A program made the translations under genes and the position numbers. Shown here piece by piece: positions 18,909-28,107 of a DNA stretch of 64,000 nt. The DNA lies in assembly GCA_913009335.1 (NCBI GenBank), contig CAJVXN010000002.1:11981-75980 (forward strand). The letters are read 5' to 3'. Source of the DNA: an uncultured bacterium (GTDB lineage: Bacteria; Omnitrophota; Gorgyraeia; Ghiorseimicrobiales; Ghiorseimicrobiaceae). Position 1 is the stretch's first letter, and the number at the start of each line of letters is the position of its first letter. The notes beneath the pieces were generated by a model. That model was not told the DNA's origin, did no database searches, and worked only from the letters and a program-made list of their open reading frames with translations.

Positions 18909-19541
18909 CTACTTTTTGAAGATTATTTTTTTTGGTGAGCCCTTCTTCGGAGGATGCGGTAGATGGCGCAATCCGGATAATAGATTACCCTTTTCTTCCC
19001 ATTCCTTTATACCGCCTTTATAGTCAAGGACATGGGTGTAGCCTAATCCGACTAATTTTTCAGCTGCTTTAGTGCTGATGGAGCAGTGGTAGCTTTGGCA
19101 GTATACAACTATTTTTGTATCGGTTTTAAATAGCTTGGGTGCTGTATCTTGAATTTCCTGTTCAGGGATAGATATTGAATTGAGAATGTGCTGCACGCGG
19201 TAATTATAAAATTCAAGCGTATTTATAAGAATAAATGGTTCGTTGTTTTTTTGCATTTTCTTTAAGTCTTCGATGGTTATTTCCTTATAGCCGTTTGTCA
19301 TGAGAAGGCGGATATTGCATATCGGGCAGGCGGTTTGTTCGGCGCGGTCCGCATGCTTGTGTTTTTCTTTTAGTGCGGATGATGTCTTGCTATTTTTTTT
19401 GGGGGTCGTTTTTGTGCCGGATTCTTTAGTCGTGGATTCATGGCTAGTTTTTTGAATTGGCCCACTCTCTTTCGGCTCTGATGAGCAGCTGGATATTGTG
19501 AATACCAATATTATGCCAAAACTTAGAATTAGATTTCTCAT
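18909..19541 (-). CDS. Rhodanese-domain lipoprotein
   Basis: Lipobox ISSC; HI..SISIP, IVVYCQSYHC..S, GY..V.DY.GGI.EW. Confidence 0.8.
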   Translation of the reverse strand: MRNLILSFGIILVFTISSCSSEPKESGPIQKTSHESTTKESGTKTTPKKNSKTSSALKEKHKHADRAEQTACPICNIRLLMTNGYKEITIEDLKKMQKNNEPFILINTLEFYNYRVQHILNSISIPEQEIQDTAPKLFKTDTKIVVYCQSYHCSISTKAAEKLVGLGYTHVLDYKGGIKEWEEKGNLLSGLRHLPHPPKKGSPKKIIFKK

Positions 19542-19553
19542 AATAATAAAAAA

Positions 19554-20072
19554 TTAAAAAATTTCGTTAAATAAGTATTTACTGAATTTAATTTCTGCTT
19601 TTATCAACTCGATATTATGCTGAATTATTAATGAAAGCGCGGGTTCTTTTTTTTGCTTTGCCAGCTTATCTTTTGTCTGGGCGAGCCATTTTTTTATTCG
19701 TCTTAACCATTCCAGCCGTTGAGTAAGGCGTTTTGAGGCCATTTTTTTATTCATATATTTTAAGAAGTATATGGATAAATCGGTATTAATAAAAGGACGC
19801 TCGAGCTTAAGAAAGTTTTTATAGAGAAGTTTATTAAATATTTCCTTGCCTTTTTTGGTAATTGAATAGACGAATTTATTAAGACCGGCTTCGGGCTTAA
19901 TATGTTTTTCGGTGAGCAGGCCGTTTTTTTTCATACGTCTTAACGGATAATAGATAGAGGTATTTTCAATTGAGGCATAATTAGCTGCTATTTCACGGAT
20001 AAGTTTTTTAATCTGGTACCCGTGCTTTGGCCCGCTCATTAATAACCCCAATATGATAAGGTCTTGTATCAT
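19554..20072 (-). CDS. PadR family transcriptional regulator
   Basis: ILGLL..GPKHGYQI, SIY..L, YSIT.KG. Confidence 0.9.
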   Translation of the reverse strand: MIQDLIILGLLMSGPKHGYQIKKLIREIAANYASIENTSIYYPLRRMKKNGLLTEKHIKPEAGLNKFVYSITKKGKEIFNKLLYKNFLKLERPFINTDLSIYFLKYMNKKMASKRLTQRLEWLRRIKKWLAQTKDKLAKQKKEPALSLIIQHNIELIKAEIKFSKYLFNEIF

Positions 20073-20091
20073 AGGACAAGATTTTACCCCG

Positions 20092-20183
20092 CAAAATTCG
20101 GGATTACCTCAACAAGCACAATAAAATCGTCGAGATTTTATTGGTTGACCCTACGGGCAGATTTTTCTAATGAAAAATCTGGA
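20092..20183 (+). repeat. ~90 bp structured dispersed repeat (family B), homologous to 61600-61692
   Basis: Shared CAAAATT..GATTACC...AAAATC..GAGATTTT..TTGG...CCCTACGG.C.GATTTT...AAAATC.GG with the reverse complement of 61600-61692. Confidence 0.7.
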
Positions 20184-20187
20184 TTTA

Positions 20188-20308
20188 AGCGAGCGATGGG
20201 GATCGAACCCACGTAGGTGGCTTGTCCCGAATGAAGTTATCCTACGTAGTGATTCTTCGGGATCCCGATGTGATTCTTAAGAAGTTTCTACATTCGGGAG
20301 AAGGCCAT
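20188..20308 (-). pseudogene. 3' half of a tRNA-Gly(TCC) interrupted in the anticodon by a 75-bp double-hairpin insert
   Basis: Minus strand TGGCCTTC|insert|CAAGCCAC..GTGGGTTCGATCCCCATCGCTCGCT; no D arm or 5' acceptor strand; insert 20225-20299 bounded by TCCCGA/TCGGGA. Confidence 0.7.
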
Positions 20309-20325
20309 TTTTTGCCGCTTATTTA

Positions 20326-20396
20326 AGCGGGAGACGGGAATTGAACCCGCGTATATAGCTTGGAAGGCTATTGTTCTACCACTGAACTACTCCCGC
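20326..20396 (-). tRNA. tRNA-Gly(TCC)
   Basis: GCGGGAGTAGTTCAGTGGTAGAAC..ATAGC CTTCCAA GCTAT..GGGTTCAATTCCC..CTCCCGCT. Confidence 0.95.
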
Positions 20397-20405
20397 AATT
20401 TTTAT

Positions 20406-21164
20406 TTATTTCAATTTTCGCTCATGCTTATTAGTTCTTATCTGGGCAAGTTCCCAGCTGTAGTCATAGAGATGCAGGCCTTTACTTACTGCGATAATTT
20501 CGCCGTCTCCGACGCCGATTTCTTCAGCCATGTAGTTTTTAACTAGTTGTAATCCTCCTAAATTAGAAGGAAATCCTCCCCAGAGATCCCATGATCTAAA
20601 GTACAGAATAAAATGCAGCTTTCCGTAACGTATGCGTGTATCAATAATACGCAGGCATGGCGGATCAATTAGCTTGATATCAGATGGCATGCCTATTTCC
20701 ATAACTGCCTGATTAGTTCCGTGACCGTGTGTCTTGTAGAGATTTATTACTTCTTCGATCTGGTTGCAGTTTAAAGAGATTTCTCTTATCATGCTATTTT
20801 CGCCATCGGTTTTTTCCTCTATGCGCACTTTCGGGTCAACTAGTCGCTCACCATAGGTATAGTCTTCGGTTTTGGTCTTCTGGCCCGTTAAAAGATAGCT
20901 AAGATAAGAGTTTATGTAATTCATATCTGTTGGCGGGGGTATGCTCATGCCTTCCGGTATGATAGGGATTATCTGGTGAGATGGTTTTTTTACTCTAATG
21001 CTTACAAAATCAAATTCCAGGCGCTTTTGGCCTTTATAGCTCCCCCTATCTATAGTGTATATGTGTCCTTTATCCAGGATGGTGGATAGGCACTGAAACC
21101 ATGCGTCATCTAAGTCAAAGGCGTCGATATATACAGGTTTTAAGGATTCTTCTTTTTGTGTCAT
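20406..21164 (-). CDS. thyA: Thymidylate synthase (short, archaeal-like ThyA)
   Basis: YTYGER, DPPCL, FRSWD.WGG.PSN, LHLY. Confidence 0.85.
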   Translation of the reverse strand: MTQKEESLKPVYIDAFDLDDAWFQCLSTILDKGHIYTIDRGSYKGQKRLEFDFVSIRVKKPSHQIIPIIPEGMSIPPPTDMNYINSYLSYLLTGQKTKTEDYTYGERLVDPKVRIEEKTDGENSMIREISLNCNQIEEVINLYKTHGHGTNQAVMEIGMPSDIKLIDPPCLRIIDTRIRYGKLHFILYFRSWDLWGGFPSNLGGLQLVKNYMAEEIGVGDGEIIAVSKGLHLYDYSWELAQIRTNKHERKLK

Positions 21165-21286
21165 AATTTACCTTTAAATGGTGGGACCGTAAAGTTGCTT
21201 ATGGCAACCACGCCCCTAACACACGTAAAAACTTACGTTCACGTGCTTGCGCACGTGATGAAATTCGAAAAGAATTTCATTTTACG

Positions 21287-21618
21287 TGGTGGGCAGGAGA
21301 GGGTTCGAACCTCTGAAGCATTGCGCAGCAGATTTCAAGTGCCCTCAAGTTACCTTGAGGCTTGGACTATCTCATCACCATAGCATATAGGCTTTAGGTG
21401 GTGGGCGCTTAGGCTCTTCCTTTAAAAGAAGGGCCTATATCCTTATTGGATTAGTCTCTGCACCTTCCTATCAATAAAAATTGCGTTGATAGGCTTGGCT
21501 CAGGATTGCCCAAAATATTATTGGGTTTCCCTGAATTCACCCACTTTTCCATCTTATCTTTCGACAAGACGCTGCATTTTATACAGTCTGCCCCCTTTGG
21601 CCACTTGGGTACCTGCCC
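21287..21618 (-). tRNA. tRNA-Tyr(GTA) with group I intron
   Basis: 5' exon GGGCAGGTACCCAAGTGGCCAAAGGGGGCAGACTGT (21618-21583); 3' exon AAATCTGC..GGTTCGAACCC..CCTGCCCACCA (21335-21287); spliced anticodon arm GCAGA CTGTAAA TCTGC; long variable arm. Confidence 0.93.
21336..21582 (-). ncRNA. Group I self-splicing intron (IC3-like), 247 nt, no ORF
   Basis: P GAATTCAGGGAAA, Q AATCCTGAGC, R GTGCAGAGACTA, S GAGATAGTCC; P1 CUGU/GCAG with U-G at the splice site; terminal G. Confidence 0.92.
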
Positions 21619-21918
21619 AGTCGTTCGCTTTAGTTTATTCATCGTTTTAATAAACTAATAGCGTATATTGTTTTATCTTACGGTTAGCTTGTATTATAAC
21701 GACACTCACTCCTTAAGGAAAAACCCTGATGGTTTTTCCTTAATATTCCTTTTCCTTCCGCAAGGAGTAAATGCCTCTTAAGAGAAAACAATCTTTTCTC
21801 TTAAGAATCTCTTTTTAGGTTTTCGGCTGTCCAATTTTATATCCCGCAAAGCGGGATAACAGCCTTCAAACTTTTATTACTTATTATAAAGAACAAAATA
21901 ATTTTTTTAGGTTTTATT

Positions 21919-21994
21919 TGGAGCTGGCGAGAGGATTTGAACCCCCGACCAGAGGTTTACAAAACCCCTGCTCTACCAACTGAGCTACGCCAGC
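21919..21994 (-). tRNA. tRNA-Thr(TGT)
   Basis: GCTGGCGTAGCTCAGTTGGTAGAGC..GGTTTTGTAAACC..GGTTCAAATCC..GCCAGCTCCA. Confidence 0.95.
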
Positions 21995-22032
21995 GTCATT
22001 CGTTATAGTTTATTCAATCAAATTTATTTTTC

Positions 22033-22878
22033 TTATTTACTTTTTTTAATTGCTTCGGGAATTTCCTCTATTATATCTGAGGCAATTAGTCCCAGCTGCG
22101 TTTTTTTCTTTACAGCTAGGTCTCCTGCTTTGCCATGGATATAGGCGCCGTATTTTGCGGCATTGAATGCATCCAGCCTTTGTGCTAAAAATGCACCAAT
22201 TATTCCGCTTAAAACATCACCGGAGCCGGCAGTACTCATGCCTGGGTTGCCGGTTTTATTTATGTAGATATGCTTTTTATCGGCTACTACTGTTTTATAG
22301 CCTTTTAATGCAACCGTAATATTATATTCGACTGCCGCTTTTTTTGCAACACTTTTACGATTGTTTTTTATTTTATCGACGCTGATGGATAAAAGCCGCG
22401 ACATTTCCTTGACATGAGGCGTTATTATAGCATGTTTGTTGCGCAAAAGCTCTGGGTTTTCAGCTAAGGCATTTATACCGTCGGCATCAATTACTAAAGC
22501 TTTTGGGCAATTTTTTATAACTTTCTGGATTAAGCCTTTAGTTGATTTATTTTGTGAAAGACCCGGGCCGATTACGAGTATGTCAGCTTTTTCTTTTAAA
22601 AATTTTATAATTTGCGTGTATGCTTTAGTGCTTAATGTTTTATCTTTAGTTTCCGGTAATACTTTAATCATTCCTTCGGTTAGGCGACGGGCAAAAACAT
22701 TATGTAGTGATTTGGGTATACCCAGGGTTACCAGTCCGGCCCCGGAACGCAAAGCCGCAGCTACCGTTAGTATAGCCGCGCCACAGAATCCGCGGGAACC
22801 TGCTAAGATAAAAACATGCCCGAAATCGCCCTTGTGAGAATTAGTTTTTCTTCGTAACAACTGCGTTGGCAACTGCAT
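22033..22878 (-). CDS. nnrD: ADP-dependent NAD(P)H-hydrate dehydratase
   Basis: SHKGDFG, GAGLV, GPGL, VIDADG, ITPH..E, GSGDVLSG. Confidence 0.93.
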   Translation of the reverse strand: MQLPTQLLRRKTNSHKGDFGHVFILAGSRGFCGAAILTVAAALRSGAGLVTLGIPKSLHNVFARRLTEGMIKVLPETKDKTLSTKAYTQIIKFLKEKADILVIGPGLSQNKSTKGLIQKVIKNCPKALVIDADGINALAENPELLRNKHAIITPHVKEMSRLLSISVDKIKNNRKSVAKKAAVEYNITVALKGYKTVVADKKHIYINKTGNPGMSTAGSGDVLSGIIGAFLAQRLDAFNAAKYGAYIHGKAGDLAVKKKTQLGLIASDIIEEIPEAIKKSK

Positions 22879-23206
22879 AATCTTTAATATGTGAAATTGA
22901 TACGGATATTAGGTATTTCTTATTTATTGATTTTGGTTTTGTTATCGTCGCGTATGGTTTGCCACTTTTTTTATTTACGATTTCAATGTCTTTAAAGCCC
23001 AGTTCTCCCCCATCAGTAGCTTTAATGATTGCTTCTTTAGCCGCAAATCTTCCGGCAAGATGTTCATAGGTTGAGCGTCTTGATTTTGCGTATTCTATCT
23101 CTTTTGTGGTAAATATTCTGTTTAAGAAAAGATCGCCCCATTTTTTGATCGCGCGTCTCAAGCGTTTAATTTCAACTATGTCTATTCCGGTTCCGATTAA
23201 TTCCAT
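22841..23206 (-). CDS. acpS: Holo-ACP synthase
   Basis: GIDIVEI.R, AGRFAAKEA..KA, GKP, SISH. Confidence 0.95.
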   Translation of the reverse strand: MELIGTGIDIVEIKRLRRAIKKWGDLFLNRIFTTKEIEYAKSRRSTYEHLAGRFAAKEAIIKATDGGELGFKDIEIVNKKSGKPYATITKPKSINKKYLISVSISHIKDYAVANAVVTKKN

Positions 23207-23208
23207 AA

Positions 23209-23931
23209 TTATTTTATTAGATTTATCATTTCCTTTATTGCATTTTTCAATCCGAAAAATACAGCCCGGGTTATTATTGAATATCCTATGTTTAATTCTT
23301 CTATTTCGTCAATATCGGCTATAGCTTTTACGTTATGGTAATTTAGTCCGTGCCCCGCGAAAACGCTAAGGCCGATTTTTTTTGCATGTTGGGCAGCTTT
23401 TTTTATTTTTAAAAGTTCATTTTTTTGTTTTTTACCACTGGATAAAGCATATTTTCCGGTATGTATCTCTATTGCGTCTGCGTTTATAGATTTGGCTGTT
23501 TGTATTTGGTGAATATTCGGCTCTATAAATAGACTAACCTTGATTCCCTTTGATTGCAGTTTTGATATAACTTTGCTGATGCGGGATTTTAATTTTATTG
23601 TGTCCAGTCCTCCTTCAGTTGTTAGCTCCTGGCGTTTTTCCGGAACTAGAGTTACCTGATCAGGTTTTGTTTTTGCGGCAATAGCGACAATTTCCGGATT
23701 GATAGACATTTCAAGGTTAAGGTGTGTTACGACAACTTGTTTTAGTGTTTTAAGGTCGCGATCGTTTATGTGGCGTCTGTCTTCTCGCAAGTGAACGACA
23801 ATGCCGTCTGCTCCAGCATTTTCAACTATATTTGCCGCTTGTATCGGATCAGGCGTTAGCCCGCCTCGTAATTGCCTTAAGCTTGCGATATGATCTATGT
23901 TAACACCTAGCCGTTTTTTATTATTTGTCAT
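23209..23931 (-). CDS. pdxJ: Pyridoxine 5'-phosphate synthase
   Basis: LGVNIDH.A.LR, HLREDRRHI, VPEKRQELTTEGGLD, AGHGL. Confidence 0.97.
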   Translation of the reverse strand: MTNNKKRLGVNIDHIASLRQLRGGLTPDPIQAANIVENAGADGIVVHLREDRRHINDRDLKTLKQVVVTHLNLEMSINPEIVAIAAKTKPDQVTLVPEKRQELTTEGGLDTIKLKSRISKVISKLQSKGIKVSLFIEPNIHQIQTAKSINADAIEIHTGKYALSSGKKQKNELLKIKKAAQHAKKIGLSVFAGHGLNYHNVKAIADIDEIEELNIGYSIITRAVFFGLKNAIKEMINLIK

Positions 23932-24838
23932 TTGCGTTTATTATTGAGTCAGCAACTTTAACCACATCAGATATTTCAGCTACATCATGTACGCGAACAA
24001 TATGAGCTCCGTTTGCTATAGCTATACCGATAGATGCTGCGGTGCCAAATAGTCGCTCATCCGGATCTTTATTAAGTATATTTCCGATAAATGATTTTCT
24101 CGACGGTCCGATTAAAAGTGGAAGATCTAGTTTTTGGAATTCCCCGAGACGCTTGATAATTTCTAAATTATGCGTTAGCGTTTTACCGAATCCGATACCC
24201 GGGTCTATCATTATTCTATCCTTCGCTATTCCCGAGGAAATAGCAGTTTCTACAGATCTCTTAAGCGTTTGGCTTATTTCTTCAATCAGGGATTCATATT
24301 GGGGGTTATCTTGCATATTCGAGGGGGTACCTTTCATATGCATGAGTATAACTGCTGCGTTGTATTTTTTTATTACCTGCGGCATTTTGTTATCGCGCAG
24401 TGCGGTAATATCATTAACAATAGATGCGCCGTTGTCCAGGGCTTCTTCTGCTATTCTTGGTTTATAGGTATCTATAGATATGGGCGCACTTACTTTTTTT
24501 GCCAATATTTTTACCAATGGGATTATCCGCTTAAGTTCTTCTTCGACTGACACAGCTTGAGAGTTTGGTCTGGATGATTCGCCCCCTATATCTATAATGT
24601 CTGCCCCGTCAGCAATCATTTTTTGGCCCATATCAACGATTTTATCAAGCGAGTAACTCAATAAGCCGTCTCCGCTAAAAGAATCCGGCGTAATATTTAA
24701 TATTCCTATTATGCGAGTCTGATGACCCAGCTCTAAGTCTGTTTTAGCAAGTCTTAAGGTAAATTTCGGACGTGCGTTATACTCTATAGGTTTCATGGTA
24801 ATATTTATAATCTCAGGGGTAGCACAGGGCGGATGCAT
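23921..24838 (-). CDS. folP: Dihydropteroate synthase (start may be 24796)
   Basis: ILNITPDSFS, DIGGESSRP, DPGIGFGK, SRKSF, RVHDV. Confidence 0.95.
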   Translation of the reverse strand: MHPPCATPEIINITMKPIEYNARPKFTLRLAKTDLELGHQTRIIGILNITPDSFSGDGLLSYSLDKIVDMGQKMIADGADIIDIGGESSRPNSQAVSVEEELKRIIPLVKILAKKVSAPISIDTYKPRIAEEALDNGASIVNDITALRDNKMPQVIKKYNAAVILMHMKGTPSNMQDNPQYESLIEEISQTLKRSVETAISSGIAKDRIMIDPGIGFGKTLTHNLEIIKRLGEFQKLDLPLLIGPSRKSFIGNILNKDPDERLFGTAASIGIAIANGAHIVRVHDVAEISDVVKVADSIINANDK

Positions 24839-24876
24839 ATTATTTTTAAGAGTATCTTAGAGGGTAATAAAACTAT

Positions 24877-26811
24877 TTACTTAGTCTTGTCTGTATCTTT
24901 TTCTTTTGGTTTGTTTTCGGTTTGGGCTTTATCATTCGAAGCTTTTAAGCCTGTAATTTGCTGCACCTCTTCTACTCCGAGTACTTCTTTTTCTAAAAGT
25001 GCTTTAGCTAAATTCTCTAGTTTTTCTTTGTGCTGTTCAAGGAGTGTTTTTGCGTATTCATGTGCCTGATAGACTATTTTTTTAACTTCTCCGTCAATAA
25101 GGTTTGCCGTTTCCTCGCCGTAATCTCTTTCTTCCATTATATCGCGACCCAAAAATAACGGTCCGTGATGTTTGCCTAGTGTAATATTTCCTATTCGTTC
25201 GCTCATTCCGAACGCGCATACCATGCGCCGGGCAAGTTTGGTTGCTTCGCGTAGGTCATTTTCAGCGCCGGTAGTAATTTCTCCTAAGTTTATCTCTTCG
25301 GATATTCTTCCTCCTAATGCTACAGTTATCCTGCCGAGCAATTCTTTCTTTGCCCAGTAGTGTTTATCTTCTTGCTGGGGCATGATTGTGTATCCGCCTG
25401 CCATGCCTCTGGGGATAATAGATACTTTACGTAGGGGGTCCACTTCCGGAATTAAGAGTGATAGTAGAGCATGTCCTGATTCATGATATGCGACAATTTT
25501 TTTCTCACGTTGGGATATTATTCTGCTTTTTTTCTCCGGTCCCATAAGCACGCGTTCTATCGCAGCTTCTAGTTCTTTCATCGTTACTTCTTTTTTGTTG
25601 AATCGTGCTGCCAAGAGCGCTGATTCATTGCATAAATTTGCCAGGTCTGCTCCGGAGAATCCCGAAGTTTGTCTAGCTACTAGCTTTAAATCTGTATTGG
25701 GAGCAAGTTTTATCTTGCGCATATGCACTTTAAGGATTGCTTCTCTGCCTAATATATCCGGCAGGTTAACTACGATGTGTCTGTCAAATCTTCCCGGACG
25801 CAGCAATGCCTGGTCTAATGTGTCGGGTCTGTTAGTTGCGGCAATTATAATTAAACCTTCCGTAGTATCAAAACCGTCCATTTCTCCTAAGAGTTGATTT
25901 AGGGTTTGTTCGCGTTCGTCGTGCCCTCCGCCGATACCGGAGAAGCGCTGTCGGCCTACAGCGTCTATTTCATCAATAAATACAATACATCCTTTTCCTG
26001 ATATTTTTGCCGCATGTCTTCCCTGTTCAAAGAGATCTCGTACGCGTGAAGCCCCTACGCCTACAAACATCTCTACAAAATCTGAACCGCTCATAGAGAA
26101 AAACGGAACTTCCGCCTCTCCTGATACAGCTTTCGCTAGAAGTGTTTTTCCGCAACCCGGAGGCCCTACAAGCAAGACGCCCTTGGGGATTTTTCCTCCC
26201 AGCTTCTGAAATTTATGTGGATCTTTTAAGAATTCAATTATCTCTTGTAGTTCTTCTTTTGCTTCTTCAATTCCGGCCACATCACCAAAAGTAGCTTTTT
26301 TGGTTTTTGACCCTTGAGGTTTAGCGCGTATTTTACCGAATGACCAGAGTTTGTTGCCCATCTGGCTTCCGCGGTAGCTAAAATACCATAGAAAGCCGAT
26401 AAAAAGCAACATTGGTCCTAAGGAAAAAATAAGGCTTGTCCAAAATGTCTTTAATGGCTTTATTTCAAATCGCGTTACATTTTCCCGAAGCAGGGGTATT
26501 AGGTCCTTATCTTCAGCAGGAATATTTACAAAGAACTTTTCACCACTAGTAAATTTCCCTTCAAGTCGAGCGTCTGTTTTAGCTATGGAGCTTATCATGG
26601 GTTTTTCGGGATTATCTTTAAGTATCTGATAAAATTCTCCGTAGCTTATTTCTCGTGTCGCACCATTCGTTCCGACATCTGTCAGGTTAAAAAGATATAA
26701 CATCCCGAATGCTAAGATAAGTGCTAATAGTATTCGTCGTGTCATGAGGCTGTTTTTATCTTGTTTTTTACGTTTCTTTCTATTTTCGGGTTTATTCATA
26801 TTTATTTGCAT
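24877..26811 (-). CDS. ftsH: ATP-dependent zinc metalloprotease FtsH
   Basis: Two TM helices, [31 protein letters not shown]. Confidence 0.98.
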   Translation of the reverse strand: MQINMNKPENRKKRKKQDKNSLMTRRILLALILAFGMLYLFNLTDVGTNGATREISYGEFYQILKDNPEKPMISSIAKTDARLEGKFTSGEKFFVNIPAEDKDLIPLLRENVTRFEIKPLKTFWTSLIFSLGPMLLFIGFLWYFSYRGSQMGNKLWSFGKIRAKPQGSKTKKATFGDVAGIEEAKEELQEIIEFLKDPHKFQKLGGKIPKGVLLVGPPGCGKTLLAKAVSGEAEVPFFSMSGSDFVEMFVGVGASRVRDLFEQGRHAAKISGKGCIVFIDEIDAVGRQRFSGIGGGHDEREQTLNQLLGEMDGFDTTEGLIIIAATNRPDTLDQALLRPGRFDRHIVVNLPDILGREAILKVHMRKIKLAPNTDLKLVARQTSGFSGADLANLCNESALLAARFNKKEVTMKELEAAIERVLMGPEKKSRIISQREKKIVAYHESGHALLSLLIPEVDPLRKVSIIPRGMAGGYTIMPQQEDKHYWAKKELLGRITVALGGRISEEINLGEITTGAENDLREATKLARRMVCAFGMSERIGNITLGKHHGPLFLGRDIMEERDYGEETANLIDGEVKKIVYQAHEYAKTLLEQHKEKLENLAKALLEKEVLGVEEVQQITGLKASNDKAQTENKPKEKDTDKTK

Positions 26812-26970
26812 TATTTCCCCTTATGATTTAGCAACTTTTTTTTTCAATAGGTTATGAATACTTAGCTTTCTGTCTAATTCTGAATTCATTTTATCTCTTC
26901 TAAGCGTATCATAGTATATAACAAACCTCGTGTTTAATCAAGATTTTTCACAGCGCTAGATGCATTTTAA

Positions 26971-28041
26971 TTAAAGCTGTTTTCGCCGATATATTTTAAT
27001 TGTTGATGGTGTTTTTATTGCGGAAATATTATGCGGGAGGTCAACTATGGATTTTTCTTTTCGCGCATCAATTAGGTCATCTAATTCTTGGATATGTTTA
27101 AAACTCAGGCGTCTTAGATTTCCTGTTATTTTCTGTATGGCAAGCCGCAGTACCATTCTTCGTACGGCAGGATGAAGTCTAAGTATTTTATCGGTTTTAA
27201 GGCTTATTTGTGATTTAGAGTTTGCTTTATGTATTTTGGCCAGGCTTTTTTCTGCTTCGGATTTTATGTATTCATAATCTAGTGCCACAGTTTGAGCCGT
27301 ATTTGCCAGGATGCTTACGATGTTTTTATTGTATTTTTTTAGTTTAGGTATAAGGTTGCGTCTTATCCTGTTTCTAAAATAGATGTCTTTTTTATTTGTA
27401 CGATCCAACCTGTATGAAATCTTACGTTTTTTAAGGTAGGTTAAAATCTCTTTTTTAGGTATCTCCAGCAGCGGTCGTATGAGTGTATACTGGCGGATTT
27501 TTCGTTTAGGTAGTATAGCTGAAAGACCATAAAGCCCACTACCGCGCAATAGGCGCATGAGCACTGTTTCTGCCTGATCATCTTTTGTGTGCCCCAGGGC
27601 AATTTTAGCGGCTTTGATATTATCGGTAACTTTAAATAAGAAATCCTGGCGCGCTTTACGGGCGGTTTCTTCAATGGAGGCATTGTTATTTAGCTTTTTA
27701 ATATTAATACTTTCAGAGAAAAAAGGAATATTTAGCCTTGCTGATAACGTTTGGCAAAACAACATGTCTTTTTTAGACTCTTTCCCTCTTAACATATGGT
27801 TAAGGTGGGCCGCGGCAATTTTAAGTGCGAATTCTTTTTTTAAGGAGTTTAGTAAGTATAATAGGGCAACTGAATCCGGGCCGCCTGAAAGGGCGACTAG
27901 TATGGTTTCGTTTTTTGTAATAAGCCGGTGTTTTTTAAGTGATGCTTTAACTTTATTGGTGAGCCCCGTTAGAGATAGGCCATCTTTAGATGGCCGTTTG
28001 CTAACGGTAGAGTTACTAGATATAAATTTATTTTTTTTCAT
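26971..28041 (-). CDS. tilS: tRNA(Ile)-lysidine synthase; N-terminal 26 aa encoded by a MITE
   Basis: SGGPDS PP-loop, HLNHMLR, GHTKDDQAET, IRPLL, RNRIR. Confidence 0.95.
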   Translation of the reverse strand: MKKNKFISSNSTVSKRPSKDGLSLTGLTNKVKASLKKHRLITKNETILVALSGGPDSVALLYLLNSLKKEFALKIAAAHLNHMLRGKESKKDMLFCQTLSARLNIPFFSESINIKKLNNNASIEETARKARQDFLFKVTDNIKAAKIALGHTKDDQAETVLMRLLRGSGLYGLSAILPKRKIRQYTLIRPLLEIPKKEILTYLKKRKISYRLDRTNKKDIYFRNRIRRNLIPKLKKYNKNIVSILANTAQTVALDYEYIKSEAEKSLAKIHKANSKSQISLKTDKILRLHPAVRRMVLRLAIQKITGNLRRLSFKHIQELDDLIDARKEKSIVDLPHNISAIKTPSTIKIYRRKQL

Positions 28042-28087
28042 TATTAATCGAGGTATATAAATGCTTAATAAGTTATCTCTAACGGGG
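27964..28087. mobile_element. MITE family A copy 4, inside the tilS 5' end
   Basis: TIRs; TGAG TSD on both sides; hairpin GGCCATC-TTTA-GATGGCC. Confidence 0.88.
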
Positions 28088-28107
28088 TGAGCATTTTATG
28101 GGGCGGG

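Noticed and set aside
21156-21642. ORFs 21156-21383 (+) and 21451-21642 (-), or an intron-encoded homing endonuclease
   Set aside because: They overlap the tRNA exons and intron core and show no endonuclease motifs
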